DNA of 64,000 bases, from the NCBI GenBank assembly GCA_011364965.1, contig RDOB01000001.1, forward strand, positions 96,001 through 160,000. Reading direction: 5' to 3'. Every line of letters starts with the position of its first letter. Position 1 is the stretch's first letter. The translations under genes were made by a program, and so were the position numbers. The stretch comes from Candidatus Heimdallarchaeota archaeon. GTDB lineage: Archaea; Asgardarchaeota; Heimdallarchaeia; Hodarchaeales; Hodarchaeaceae. Shown here one piece after another: positions 49,802-60,988 of the stretch. The notes beneath the pieces were generated by a model, which ran no database searches, had not been told where the DNA came from, and worked only from the letters and a program-made list of their open reading frames with translations.

Positions 49802-51547
49802 TTATCTTCTTCTTTTACGATAAATTGCATATAATGGAGGTAGAGCTAAAAAGGTTGAGATTAATTCAAATCCAGGGATTGCTCCAAATCCATTTCCAGG
49901 TGGTGTACCAGTATCCGAAGTGTCATCAACAGCTAAAGCAGCAACAGCAGAGTAGGCTGGATCATGATAAATTTCACCACCATACCACTCGGAGAATTCA
50001 GTGAAAGTGAAATAGAGGATAGAAGACACATAAACATCAGCTGTTCCGGCCATTGAGAAAGTATCACTTAATTCGTAAGCTAAGAATTTAGTGAAACCAT
50101 AAGCATAGGCAAATTCAACAGCAAAATATTCTCGGGCAACATTAGTAATAACCCAAGTATCCGAGGGAGTGAATGGGATAATATAAACCGGACGATCCGC
50201 ATTAGGGTCAATTCCCCAAAGATCAAAGAGGCCTTTAAGTTTGTAGGTATTTTTATTAGTAAATTCTGTGAAGAAGAAGGTATTGCCACCTGTTACTAAA
50301 TCAATGGTCCGGCTAGTCTCATTTTCTAGCTGATTATTAACTGAAGGATCTTCCGCTAATGAAATTCCGAATGTGGTGGTAGCTGTAGCTACAGTTAATC
50401 CAAATCCGTTAGCCATTCGCATACGAGCCTTAGCATCATCATCCAAATAGAAAGCCATTTCATTTAAGGTTACAGTGACTGCGCTAGGGAGTGGTGCTGG
50501 AAGACCAGTTGAGAAACCAGCAAGATCATCAGGAACATCGAATGTATAAGAAGGAGCAGCTACAAATGGGGTATGATTCCAATCTGCAGTAGGTAACGTA
50601 TTTTCATTTATTACTAGAAAATTGGTTTCCCCGATATTATAATGAGTTGTCACTGTACCCAGTACGTATTTATTAGCACCTATCATTTCTTGAGTTTTAA
50701 ATTCATAGTCAAAACTAATATAATCAAGAACACTAGCTGCAACAATATCCCTGCCATATATGATTCCACGAGTATCATCTTGGATATATTGACTACCTGC
50801 GCCAAAGATATCGACACCAGTCGGTGCTACACCTATTTCTTGCCATAAAACAAACATATTCTCGTATCTGATCCCGAATTTGTAGACATCACCCACTTTT
50901 TCAAAAGAGGAAGAATAATCAAAGTGTCCAATTCGATAATCATGCATATTATCTTCTAAAACTCCATTAACAGCATCAACTAATTCTTGGATGCTAAATG
51001 TATAACCTAAGTAAAGCTTGTCTTCGGAATCCATTATTCGATCATTTGGGTCAGATGAATAAGCAATTAGTGCCATGAAGTTGTTTGTTACAAATACATC
51101 TTGATCTTCAGGAGTTTTGAAGTGTTGTACTAGCTGTTGAAATGGTGCAGTTGCATTGACATGAAAAATTGTTGTATCCAAAGGACCTGGATAATAGGGA
51201 TGCAAGATATCATATACTGCATCGTCAAGCAATTCTCCAAAGGTTATGTCGTGCTCCATCTTTTCTAGTGCAGAAAAAGCAGTTTCTATTCCACTATCGT
51301 TCATATATGCCATGTAGAACTGATGATCTTCAAATTCATCAGTATCTCCAGTTGCTGCGCCAGGATTAATTAGATCCTTAATTAAGTCAGGATTTGATGG
51401 ATCAGGGACAGCGAGATCTACTTCTATAGCAAAATATTCTTCGCTAAAAGTATGACCTCCAAACTCTGTGGCTTGAACTGAAGTGGTAAAAGTAAGGAGA
51501 AACAGTAAGGTTATTACTGAAATTCCTATCAAAATTTTCCTTTTCAT
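49802..51547 (-). CDS. Secreted cell-surface (S-layer-like) protein with PGF-CTERM-type sorting signal
   Basis: Signal peptide ending VQA; acidic body with NxS/T sequons; ends IPGFE-TM-RKRRR. Confidence 0.8.
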   Translation of the reverse strand: MKRKILIGISVITLLFLLTFTTSVQATEFGGHTFSEEYFAIEVDLAVPDPSNPDLIKDLINPGAATGDTDEFEDHQFYMAYMNDSGIETAFSALEKMEHDITFGELLDDAVYDILHPYYPGPLDTTIFHVNATAPFQQLVQHFKTPEDQDVFVTNNFMALIAYSSDPNDRIMDSEDKLYLGYTFSIQELVDAVNGVLEDNMHDYRIGHFDYSSSFEKVGDVYKFGIRYENMFVLWQEIGVAPTGVDIFGAGSQYIQDDTRGIIYGRDIVAASVLDYISFDYEFKTQEMIGANKYVLGTVTTHYNIGETNFLVINENTLPTADWNHTPFVAAPSYTFDVPDDLAGFSTGLPAPLPSAVTVTLNEMAFYLDDDAKARMRMANGFGLTVATATTTFGISLAEDPSVNNQLENETSRTIDLVTGGNTFFFTEFTNKNTYKLKGLFDLWGIDPNADRPVYIIPFTPSDTWVITNVAREYFAVEFAYAYGFTKFLAYELSDTFSMAGTADVYVSSILYFTFTEFSEWYGGEIYHDPAYSAVAALAVDDTSDTGTPPGNGFGAIPGFELISTFLALPPLYAIYRKRRR

Positions 51548-51820
51548 TATTATATCACCATTAATGTAACACTAACTAGAAAATCTATCCGAGAATCACC
51601 TAATGGATAGTTCGAGTGTTATGTCTAAGATTAATGCATCTATTCCCCCTTTTAAAAATGTATGAAATGAACTTCAGCATTTCTTTACCAATTCATGCTG
51701 AAATCTTCTAATTAATTTTTTTTTCAGCTAGATTTGACACAAGTCGTTAAGTGATAACCTGATATATTTCTAATGAAACAAGAGACAACAGTTATTATTT
51801 ATTCTATCGAAGTTTCATTA

Positions 51821-53479
51821 TCAAAGTTTTCGCCTTTTTCTTATTTTAAGGCTGATCAGCAGTAAGACTAAAAATGAGGGAAAGAAAGAAATGGAAGTAA
51901 TTTGGGAGTGTTCACCGTTGAAGAAGGATTCAGAAGTTGTTGCATGGAGAACATCAAGTAGTTGGAATGAAATTGGGTTTCCAGTCCAATTTATAACCCC
52001 AGAGTCGCGAAAATACTTTGCAGATTGTAAATATAGTCCTGTAATATCATAAAGCTGATCAGGAGTTAAATCCTTTATCTGGTTGTTTTCAGAATAGTGT
52101 TGAATACATTCAGTAACAATATCTCGAACTATAGAAGTTTCTTGTCTGAATAATAAATTACCCGCGAACCCTGTTTGCTGATTCAACGCTATAGAAAATG
52201 AGTTCATCGGAAGTAAAGTTGGATTGTTAGCAGGATTCTCAATTGCAAATTCCCGACCATTTATGTAAGAGGTGAATAAAGGGGCTTCATTAAATAGGAG
52301 AGAGACTTCCTCCGTTATTAAAAAATTTTGAGCTCCCAATTCTGCTTTGCTTGTATTTCTTGCGTCTATATACACCTCAATTCCTTCTAGAGTTTTCGTT
52401 CCATTCAATAAGCCTAAACTTTGACTTGTTATTAAAGAGAAGGTTAAACTGTCAAATAATGTGAGACGGTGGGAAATATCACTACCTGTATAGTAAGAAA
52501 AAGTATCGTTTATTTCAAGTAAGCCAAATAGATTCTCCTCAACGCGAAAATCAAAAGCATTTATCCAGGTACCCTCTGGTAAATCTTCATTAATAATGAG
52601 AGTTAGAATTTTTCCCACGTTTACTTTAACTCTTGATTCTACGCCATTTTCTTTATTTAAGATGTATTTTGAGACAGAAAAGGTGAAAGCTAGGGTTTCG
52701 AACTGAAGAAAGAGAAGATTGGAACCAATTTCAAATTCAAAAAAACCAATTCCTTCTGTTTGAAAGAGAAATGTTACATTTGAATAAATAACATCAACCT
52801 GAAAACTATCCTTTTTCTCCTGAATATTAATTGATGGATTATAGGGGAACTCAGTAAATATATTACCAACATTCATCGCAGTATTAACTGTTTGTATGTC
52901 AGTACCATATCCTATTATTAAGTTTATAAGATCCATTGGTAAATTAGCATACCCTAGCTGATATGTTGCTGGGTTATAATTCTCTTCATCAATTTTAAGT
53001 GCAATTCCTAATATATCCAGACTTGAAACAACATCAAATCCTTGGGGAAGAGTATAATGATTAACAAGTTTCATAAATGGTAGTGGGGTTTGGTATTTGA
53101 TGGGAGTATCAAAACCAAATATTTCCTGTGTGCGTCCTACCTTCTCAATGGCCATTATCGCTGTACTTATCCCATGGTACTTCTGGCTTATTAGAGAAAG
53201 AATATTATCTTCTTGAAGGTCACTATCATTGGTAGAAAATTGTTCAGAAGAGATTAAATCAGTTAATAAATCGAGATTACGATTAAAAGAATTATAATCA
53301 AACCGTAATCCAAATAAATCTTCGTTGTAATAATCTGATAAATTGTCAAACTGATAACTTGGAGATCCATTTGAGACCACTACATTAGTTGAATATAAGA
53401 GGATTAACATAAGTATAGGCCAATATCGATATCGCGAGAGTGATTTCATTAAGCAGCCTCCAAATAGTTTCTTAGCCAA
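51821..53479 (-). CDS. Secreted surface protein, divergent paralog of 49802-51547, with C-terminal TM and basic tail
   Basis: Signal peptide; colinear blocks shared with its neighbour; ends TSISFF-TM-KIRKRRKL. Confidence 0.7.
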   Translation of the reverse strand: MAKKLFGGCLMKSLSRYRYWPILMLILLYSTNVVVSNGSPSYQFDNLSDYYNEDLFGLRFDYNSFNRNLDLLTDLISSEQFSTNDSDLQEDNILSLISQKYHGISTAIMAIEKVGRTQEIFGFDTPIKYQTPLPFMKLVNHYTLPQGFDVVSSLDILGIALKIDEENYNPATYQLGYANLPMDLINLIIGYGTDIQTVNTAMNVGNIFTEFPYNPSINIQEKKDSFQVDVIYSNVTFLFQTEGIGFFEFEIGSNLLFLQFETLAFTFSVSKYILNKENGVESRVKVNVGKILTLIINEDLPEGTWINAFDFRVEENLFGLLEINDTFSYYTGSDISHRLTLFDSLTFSLITSQSLGLLNGTKTLEGIEVYIDARNTSKAELGAQNFLITEEVSLLFNEAPLFTSYINGREFAIENPANNPTLLPMNSFSIALNQQTGFAGNLLFRQETSIVRDIVTECIQHYSENNQIKDLTPDQLYDITGLYLQSAKYFRDSGVINWTGNPISFQLLDVLHATTSESFFNGEHSQITSISFFPSFLVLLLISLKIRKRRKL

Positions 53480-54918
53480 TTCAAGTGCTTCGGGCCAACC
53501 ATGTATTCGTATCTTTTTCTGTCTTTCACTGTAATTATTATTCCAAGTTCTCCCAATTTTTTTATATGATGCTGTACGCTAGAATGATGAACATCAATTT
53601 CTTGGGATATCTTTGAGAGGGATAATGGTTTCGGTTCTCTGAGTAATAATCGACATAATTCTTTGGCTACATCGCTTTTCAACGCTAAAGCCAACTCTGT
53701 AATTGTTGTCGACTTTTCCCCTGTTAAGTAAAAAATATGGTATTTACCAAGTTTTGCATGAGTAACCAGATTAAAGTCATCTAAAGCCTGAAGGTGCCAC
53801 AAGAGCGAAGAAATCCCACATCCAACTTCTCGTTGGATCTCTCTTAAATGTGCTCCTTCTTCCCCTTTATGTTGCAAATATTCCATAATCTGCTCTCGTA
53901 ATTCATTCTCTAGTAACTCATCTTCACTGATACGCCTTTTCTGAGGGGAATATGCAATATGAGCAATTAGAAAAAACCCACTCATCAATATTCCAACAAT
54001 AAAATCTTTTAGTTTGGTAAGTAAACCAAATTTTATGGCTGAAACTAGAAGAAAAATGCTGGTAATAGATATTATTCCGACTGTAACTATATCACCTAAT
54101 CCAATCATTTGAAGAAAGGCATTATTATTTCCAGAAAGCGTACCAATCGTGATTTCGGCTACTTGAGCTAGCAAATCAACTATGGCTATTGATTGAAGAG
54201 AAGCTCCATAGCCTATGGGCTCTATTTCATAATTTATAGAGAAAGAAGCTACAATTTCTCTACTGTCAGCGCGCCATATGCCAGAAGTTAAATTATTTAA
54301 TTCTGGAATCAAAAAAGGAGGAGAAATTTCAGCTAAAACCTGACATTGGTCAGAAAGGTCGACCCATGCTGCACTACCAGAGAAGAGTGTAGTTAATTCG
54401 GTTTCATTTAATTCTGTAAAGAATTTAGGATTCAGAATTAGTTTTTGTTCACTAAAAGATCCATTAATTGGAACAACAAGTGGTGCATAACTTCTGATGC
54501 CAAATTGGTTTAGAATCTCAATAGGAGTATGTTCAAAATATCTGTTCAGTAGGAATATACCCCTATTTGTTTCTTTCCAATTAGCTAAGCTTGCTAAAAA
54601 ACCCAAATCGATTGGTAGAGGTAGCTCATTTATCCACCAAATACTAACAAAACTGTCGTTGTTAAATACAAATGACGAATCTGAAAGCACTTCTGTAATG
54701 TTATAAAATACTGCAGTTTTCTCAATATGCGTAATTAGATCCTCGCTTAATTTTCTATCATTCTCAGAACCAAAAAATACTGCAATGGTACCTTCGGTCT
54801 CATAGAATTTTGCAGCTGCTCTCTGTGTAATAAAAAGACAGTTTACCAAAATAATACAGAAGAAGATGAATCCGCTGTTTGAAAATATTCTCTTCTTTGT
54901 ATTCTTTGGATACTCCAT
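53449..54918 (-). CDS. Membrane-anchored regulator: extracellular domain, TM segments and tandem cytoplasmic wHTH
   Basis: Signal peptide; TM; GAHLREIQREVG..LLWHLQAL and LSKISQEIDVHHSSVQHHIKKL. Confidence 0.8.
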   Translation of the reverse strand: MEYPKNTKKRIFSNSGFIFFCIILVNCLFITQRAAAKFYETEGTIAVFFGSENDRKLSEDLITHIEKTAVFYNITEVLSDSSFVFNNDSFVSIWWINELPLPIDLGFLASLANWKETNRGIFLLNRYFEHTPIEILNQFGIRSYAPLVVPINGSFSEQKLILNPKFFTELNETELTTLFSGSAAWVDLSDQCQVLAEISPPFLIPELNNLTSGIWRADSREIVASFSINYEIEPIGYGASLQSIAIVDLLAQVAEITIGTLSGNNNAFLQMIGLGDIVTVGIISITSIFLLVSAIKFGLLTKLKDFIVGILMSGFFLIAHIAYSPQKRRISEDELLENELREQIMEYLQHKGEEGAHLREIQREVGCGISSLLWHLQALDDFNLVTHAKLGKYHIFYLTGEKSTTITELALALKSDVAKELCRLLLREPKPLSLSKISQEIDVHHSSVQHHIKKLGELGIIITVKDRKRYEYMVGPKHLNWLRNYLEAA

Positions 54919-55056
54919 ATTTTTTATGCACCTATATTTTAATAACTGAAACTAACTAAAAAAAGTCTTCCGAATCAATATTCCGCAAACAACTTTAAAT
55001 TAAAAAAATTAGTTGTTCCAAAAGGAAATTTGTCTTGCATTAACAAGGAAACCTAA

Positions 55057-55578
55057 ATGATGACCAAACCTATTTTCAGCTCATATCTTACTGCTCCTTG
55101 GAAAAGGAAGTATGTCGAAGAGAAAAAAGATCCCCACCAATGCGTTTTCTGCTCAATAACCAACAGGATTGCTAATCTAGATCGATGGGAGATCTTTCGT
55201 GATGATAGAGTTGCTATTACTTTGAATAAATTCCCCTATAACCCGGGTCATATCCTAGTTTTCCCTTTAGCTCACTATGAAGAGATTGAGAACTTACCTG
55301 AAGATCTAGTTTTTCATCTTTCTCTCCTGATTCAACGTTCTATCAAAGTATTAAAGATAAGTCATCAACCCTTGGGGTTTAATATTGGATTGAATATAGG
55401 TAGTTTTAGCGGAGCAAGCGTTTCCCATATTCATTGGCATATTGTCCCCCGTTATATGGGAGATTTGAATTTTATGGAAATTCTGGAAACCCGAGTGTTA
55501 GTGGAAACTCTTGAAGACACATTCAACAAACTGATTCAATACAACGACATGTTTCAGGTTAAAAGGTCGATTTTATGA
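55057..55578 (+). CDS. HIT family hydrolase
   Basis: CVFC; NKFPYNPGH; HIHWHIVPR. Confidence 0.93.
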   Translation: MMTKPIFSSYLTAPWKRKYVEEKKDPHQCVFCSITNRIANLDRWEIFRDDRVAITLNKFPYNPGHILVFPLAHYEEIENLPEDLVFHLSLLIQRSIKVLKISHQPLGFNIGLNIGSFSGASVSHIHWHIVPRYMGDLNFMEILETRVLVETLEDTFNKLIQYNDMFQVKRSIL

Positions 55579-55741
55579 AACAGAAAACTGATCTGATATT
55601 AATTAACATTTGAATTGGTCTATAATCTTTCTAGAATAACTCAATACATCTGATCTTTCAATTTGAAATGAAATGCTTAAATAACTCGACTTTTAATATC
55701 CAAATAAGTATAAAATATTTTTATACTATGAAAGAAATTTC

Positions 55742-56218
55742 ATGTTGAACAAAATCATAGAGACGATTGAAATGATATTCCAAAAACTATTACGAAAAAA
55801 AAGGGCAGTAAGTCCAATCCTTGCTGCGATTCTCTTAATTGGGTTGGCAATTGCAGCAGGTGCAATTTTGTTTGTAGTTGTAATTCCATTGATTCAAAAT
55901 CCGGGCGGAACACTGGTTTTTGATGAAACAGCGACTGAATTTACAGGAAATACAACAGCTAAACTTGCATTGAAAAATGAAGGATCTGAAAAAGTTACTA
56001 TAACTGCAATCACTATTGAATATAATGATGGAACTGGTTACGCAAGTGCATCCTTCAATTTCGTTACTTTTACCATAAATACTGGTGCAGGGCAAGTAAA
56101 AACTTATACTTTAACAGGAACTCCTGACGCGGCGACTATTACTAAGTGGCGAGTAACTGTTGAATTTGAAATTGATGGAGAAGCTCAAACGGATTTAATT
56201 GTTGAATTTAATCCTTAA
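55742..56218 (+). CDS. Archaeal type IV pilin-like protein
   Basis: Class III signal peptide KKRA|VSPILAAILLIGLAIAAG. Confidence 0.88.
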   Translation: MLNKIIETIEMIFQKLLRKKRAVSPILAAILLIGLAIAAGAILFVVVIPLIQNPGGTLVFDETATEFTGNTTAKLALKNEGSEKVTITAITIEYNDGTGYASASFNFVTFTINTGAGQVKTYTLTGTPDAATITKWRVTVEFEIDGEAQTDLIVEFNP

Positions 56219-56284
56219 TCTCATTTATTTTTTCTCTTTTCCTTTTTATTAAATTTCATTAGATAGATCCTCAGATTTAGGATT

Positions 56285-56743
56285 TCATTTCAGCCGACAT
56301 GAATCCGCCCGACTTCGTATAAATTTATTAATAACAAGTTTTCCGTCTGTTTGGAATTTTCGCATTTTAACTGCGAAATCTTCCCAGTAAGTGAGAAGTG
56401 CCTCTCTTTGCTCTCGCTTAGTAACCATTTCAGTATTGAGAAAGAAAGAGATATCATAACCTTTCTCAGGTTCGCGAATAACCTTGATTTTAGATCCAGG
56501 ATCCCGCCATAGCTCATTTCGGATTCTATCAAAGATGAATTCTTCAACTGGGTCATTAAAAGCAAGTTTTAGGGATACAATAGCAGAATTGCCCTGCTTG
56601 ATTAATTGCCCATTTTCAAAACTAAGTTCCTCACGTCTGATTTTCTCACAGCATGGGTGATCAGGATCAAGAATGCATATAGGTTCCATCCCTGTTTGGC
56701 ATGGGACGACCTGTAAAACTAGATCTGATTCCTTTAATGGCAT
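56285..56743 (-). CDS. ARPC4-like protein (Arp2/3 complex 20-kDa subunit homologue)
   Basis: NSAIVSL...DPVEEFI, REPEKGYDISFFL and KLVIN resemble the eukaryotic ARPC4 blocks NSVRVSI...DEIEKIL, RKPVEGYDISFLI and KLSVN (recalled from memory). Confidence 0.82.
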   Translation of the reverse strand: MPLKESDLVLQVVPCQTGMEPICILDPDHPCCEKIRREELSFENGQLIKQGNSAIVSLKLAFNDPVEEFIFDRIRNELWRDPGSKIKVIREPEKGYDISFFLNTEMVTKREQREALLTYWEDFAVKMRKFQTDGKLVINKFIRSRADSCRLK

Positions 56744-56888
56744 TAAACCTCACCAGAAGTCAATCAATAATGATGAATTATATTCCGCTTTCCTATTTAA
56801 CTGATAGGTTTATTGGTAAAACATAGTTCCTTCCTTCTTTTCTAAGGTTTTACCTTAGCAAAGATTCGTCATTAATAGAATACTAATC

Positions 56889-57320
56889 CTAAAATTCCCG
56901 AATTTTAAGGAGTTTATTTTTTGTTGAAGTAACAAGATAATGCATTAGTCCTAATTTAACATCTGGTGAAGTAATTATAACAAGTATTGTTGAATTCACT
57001 TTTGAAATTAGTCCTAGTCCTAATGGAGTCTGCACATGAATAAAATCGATAGTATTTCCTAAATCAAGCTGAACACAAGCACTAGAAAACGTACTAACTA
57101 TACCAGCTACCATAGCTGAAACTAGGATTTCCACTTCATCTGTGATGGGAGCAGTTTGAGCACTCATTATTGGAAATCCCTCCTCACTTACTAATAAGGC
57201 TTTTTCCACTCCTTTTACTAATCCAAGTCCATCCAGTATCTTCTGGATCTGTTCGGTTGAACTAATCCCTTCATTTTTTTCAGTAGTCATATTTCCAAAG
57301 GTTGCCATGTAATCATCCAC
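56889..57320 (-). CDS. Roadblock/LC7 domain protein
   Basis: GVEKALLVSEEGFPI..SAMVA..LVIIT..VKLGL pattern. Confidence 0.88.
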   Translation of the reverse strand: MDDYMATFGNMTTEKNEGISSTEQIQKILDGLGLVKGVEKALLVSEEGFPIMSAQTAPITDEVEILVSAMVAGIVSTFSSACVQLDLGNTIDFIHVQTPLGLGLISKVNSTILVIITSPDVKLGLMHYLVTSTKNKLLKIREF

Positions 57321-57617
57321 TTTGTTTTGTCATTCCAAACTTAATACTCCAAGAAGTTTATAAGAACCAAAAATTTTGAATTGATGTATTCATCCTTCTC
57401 TCGTGACTCTAAAGAAATCCTGATTCTACACGATTCTATCAAAATAAATGATAATTTTCTCGTTTATACAAAATAAAAGAGTTTGTGAGATATATTTCGA
57501 TAAAAGTAATATCTCTTCCTATTCATTAGTCTTCTTTTGCTGGTTTTCCTTAGTAAGTAAGAGAAGAGTTTATTATCATTTAACCGTGCGAGGTAATTAG
57601 ACTGTGAGGTTACCGGA

Positions 57618-57800
57618 ATGAGCGAGAACATACGAATGCAGAGATGTAATCCCTGTCAAGTTGCAGTAATGCCAAGTGAACATGGAACAACTCAATTTGA
57701 TTGCCCCGATTGTGGAATGATTCGAATAATTCGTTGTGAACGTTGTCGAAAACTAGGAAATAGGTATGTTTGTCCCAATTGTGGTTTTTCGGGGCCTTAG
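57618..57800 (+). CDS. Small Zn-ribbon protein (DUF1610 type)
   Basis: FDCPDCG..RCERCRK..YVCPNCGFSGP; conserved position upstream of EF-1beta. Confidence 0.92.
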   Translation: MSENIRMQRCNPCQVAVMPSEHGTTQFDCPDCGMIRIIRCERCRKLGNRYVCPNCGFSGP

Positions 57801-57859
57801 GTCAATATATTTTATTAATCATTTCCATTTTCTTTCTTCTCAATACCTGAGGAATAATC

Positions 57860-58147
57860 ATGTCAAATGTGCTATCAATTTTGAAAGTAATCCCATCTTC
57901 TCCAGAAGTTGATCGAGAGGATATTGTGGCTCGTGCAAAGAACGAGTTAAGTAAAGGTTTAAATCTAGAGATTCTAAAAAAGGAAGAAGAACCATTATTC
58001 TTCGGTTTGTATGCTATCAAGCTTTTTGTAAAAACTCCAGACTCAGATGAAGGAACGGAAACTCTTCAAACTTTTGAAAACCGTTTAGTAAGTCTAGATG
58101 AAGTTGATAATTGTGAAGTTGAGTTACAGACAATCATTGATTATTAA
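57860..58147 (+). CDS. ef1b: Translation elongation factor 1-beta
   Basis: LKVIPSSPEVD; EEPLFFGL. Confidence 0.92.
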   Translation: MSNVLSILKVIPSSPEVDREDIVARAKNELSKGLNLEILKKEEEPLFFGLYAIKLFVKTPDSDEGTETLQTFENRLVSLDEVDNCEVELQTIIDY

Positions 58148-58300
58148 ATATACTCTAATCGTGTTTTTCAGCTTTTTAAATCTCTAAGAAGAAAAGGGAT
58201 TTAGACTTATCTTCTAACTGGAAAACTGATATTTTTAATTGGAATCAATTTTAAATGAAGAACGTGTCAATTAAGCCGGAATTACCAGAGACATCCTAGG

Positions 58301-60496
58301 TTGAGAAATTTGGCAAAAGAAGTCGTTTTAAAAGTAGCGGAGGCAAGACAACGAGATGTCGGTCGAGGAAAAATCAGAATGGACGACATCAACATGCGAG
58401 AAATCGGTATCACGACTGGAGACGTTGTTGAAATTCGAGGAAGACAAAAAACTGGAGCTATAGCTTGGCCTGCTTATATTGAGGATCAAGGGGCTGGAAT
58501 CGTGCGTATGGATGGAGTTATCAGACGAAATGCCAAAGTTTCCTTGGAGGAAAATGTTAGGATTAGAAAAGCTCAAATTAAAGTTGCAAAAACAGTCAAT
58601 ATAGCTCCCACTAGACAAATTTCTCTGGATTATGGATTTGAAGCATTTGTAAAGAGAAAATTATTGGGATATCCTGTCTCCAAGAATGATACTGTTTTAA
58701 TTCCTATTTTGGGAAGATCGATTCCATTCGTAGTAAATTCTGTTACACCTGCAGATATTGTACTAATTACTGATACAACAAAATTAAATGTCTCAGAAAA
58801 GCCTGTAGCGGAAACTGAGACAGGTATGCCTGGAGTGTCTTATGAGGACATTGGTGGACTGACTGAAGCTATTCAGCGAATAAGAGAAATGGTAGAATTA
58901 CCATTAAAACATCCAGAACTCTTTAAAAAATTGGGAATAGACCCCCCCAAAGGAGTACTCCTACATGGCCCACCTGGCACAGGAAAAACTCTAATTGCTA
59001 AAGCAGTAGCCAATGAGTCAGAAGCTCATTTTATTCCAATCCAAGGCCCTGAAATCATGTCGAAGTTCTATGGAGAAAGCGAAGCAAGATTACGAGAGAT
59101 TTTCAAAGAAGCTGAAGATAATGCCCCTAGTATTATTTTCATAGATGAAATTGACGCTATAGCTCCCAAACGAGAAGATGTAACAGGGGAAGTTGAAAGA
59201 CGAGTTGTCGCGCAAATTCTAGCACTGATGGATGGACTTGAAAGTCGTGGAGAGACTATTGTTATAGGAGCAACAAATCGACCGAATGCAGTGGATCCTG
59301 CGCTCCGCCGGCCGGGCCGATTTGACCGAGAAATTGAGATTGGAGTTCCTGATAAGAACGAAAGACTCGAAATATTACAGATTCATACTCGTCGAATGCC
59401 AGGAATAGAGGATGTAGATATTGAAAAATTAGCTGTAATCACTCATGGTTTCGTTGGAGCAGATTTAGCAGCTCTAGGGAGAGAAGCAGCAATGAAAAAA
59501 CTGCGTGAGATCTTACCGGAAATAAATCTAAGTGAAGACACCATCCCACCCTCAGTTTTAGATAATTTAAAAGTAGAAGATCGTCATTTTGAAGACGCGT
59601 TAAAAGAAATACACCCTTCTGCAATTCGAGAGGTATTCATTGAAGTCCCAAATGTAAAATGGGAAGATATTGGGGGCATGGAGTTAATAAAACAAGAGCT
59701 TATTGAAATTGTGGAATGGCCTCTCAATAAAAAGGACGATTTTCGACGATTAGGTATTCACCCTCCGAGAGCTGTTCTATTGTTTGGAGCACCTGGAACA
59801 GGAAAGACATTATTGGCAAAAGCATTAGCAACGGAGAGTAAAGTGAACTTTATAAGTGTAAAAGGGCCTGAACTTTTATCTAAGTGGGTAGGAGAAAGTG
59901 AAAAAGCTGTTCGTGAGGTTTTTAGAAAAGCCCGAACAGCATCACCAGCTCTTGTCTTCTTCGATGAAATCGACGCAGTCGCAACAAGAAGGGGCTCTGG
60001 TGACTCCTCTGGAGTAAACGAGAGGGTTATAAGTCAATTGTTAACAGAACTCGCTGGTATTGAACCTTTACGAGATGTCGTAGTTCTAGCAGCTACAAAC
60101 CGACCTGATATGATAGATCCGGCCCTTCTCAGACCTGGAAGATTTGATAGAGTTATTTATATACCTCCACCAGATGAGGAAAGCCGAAAATTAATATTAA
60201 AAATCCATACACATGATATGCCTTTAGCAAAGGACTTTGACCTTAACCGTTTAGCAAAAGAAACAGAATATTATGTTGGCGCTGACCTTGAAGCTGTATG
60301 CAGAGAAGCTGGCATGATTGCTTTACGAGAAAATCTAGATGCTAAATTTGTGGAATGGAGACATTTTGAAACTGCATTATCAAGAGTTCATTCCTCTTGC
60401 ACTCAAGAAATGATGAAATGGTATGAAACTCAAGAATCTCAATTTCGTAGAAGAATCGGAATTGATACACAAAGAACTGTACCTTTATTTGGATAA
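58301..60496 (+). CDS. cdc48: CDC48/VAT AAA+ ATPase (paralog 2)
   Basis: N-domain plus two AAA modules ([16 protein letters not shown]). Confidence 0.97.
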   Translation: MRNLAKEVVLKVAEARQRDVGRGKIRMDDINMREIGITTGDVVEIRGRQKTGAIAWPAYIEDQGAGIVRMDGVIRRNAKVSLEENVRIRKAQIKVAKTVNIAPTRQISLDYGFEAFVKRKLLGYPVSKNDTVLIPILGRSIPFVVNSVTPADIVLITDTTKLNVSEKPVAETETGMPGVSYEDIGGLTEAIQRIREMVELPLKHPELFKKLGIDPPKGVLLHGPPGTGKTLIAKAVANESEAHFIPIQGPEIMSKFYGESEARLREIFKEAEDNAPSIIFIDEIDAIAPKREDVTGEVERRVVAQILALMDGLESRGETIVIGATNRPNAVDPALRRPGRFDREIEIGVPDKNERLEILQIHTRRMPGIEDVDIEKLAVITHGFVGADLAALGREAAMKKLREILPEINLSEDTIPPSVLDNLKVEDRHFEDALKEIHPSAIREVFIEVPNVKWEDIGGMELIKQELIEIVEWPLNKKDDFRRLGIHPPRAVLLFGAPGTGKTLLAKALATESKVNFISVKGPELLSKWVGESEKAVREVFRKARTASPALVFFDEIDAVATRRGSGDSSGVNERVISQLLTELAGIEPLRDVVVLAATNRPDMIDPALLRPGRFDRVIYIPPPDEESRKLILKIHTHDMPLAKDFDLNRLAKETEYYVGADLEAVCREAGMIALRENLDAKFVEWRHFETALSRVHSSCTQEMMKWYETQESQFRRRIGIDTQRTVPLFG

Positions 60497-60693
60497 ATCA
60501 ATGCTTTCTCGCAATCAAAAGATACCTAAATCCCTAAATCCTATATATGTAAAAGCATTAACGAAAAACTCTTTAAAATATTGAAATTTCCTCCTAGTAA
60601 AGCAAAATGATCTAAATTTATTTCTTTTTAAATTTCTAAATAGAATTCTGATCCGAGTGACCAAATGAAGTATATACAGAATACAAAATAGTT

Positions 60694-60975
60694 GTGATCA
60701 ACATGGCGACACAAAAATACCCATATTGGAGACCATTTCCCCTTATTTTTTCAGTTATGAATATTGTTGAAAGAAGAGAAGGTGTTCTTCTTGAAGATGA
60801 TCTTATTCGATTACTAGAAAATGATATTGGTGAAGTTTCTGAAAGAGAGTTAAATCAGGCATTAATGAAACTGGAAATCAAGGGATTGATCCATGTTCAA
60901 ATGATTAAAAAAAATCAACGTGTAATTAAACGAATAGGTGAAAATCAGAAATTCCTTGCTGTTGGGGAGGATTGA
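60694..60975 (+). CDS. Small winged-helix protein
   Basis: SERELNQALMKLEIKGLIHV. Confidence 0.65.
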   Translation: MINMATQKYPYWRPFPLIFSVMNIVERREGVLLEDDLIRLLENDIGEVSERELNQALMKLEIKGLIHVQMIKKNQRVIKRIGENQKFLAVGED

Positions 60976-60988
60976 GTCCCGTAGGAGC

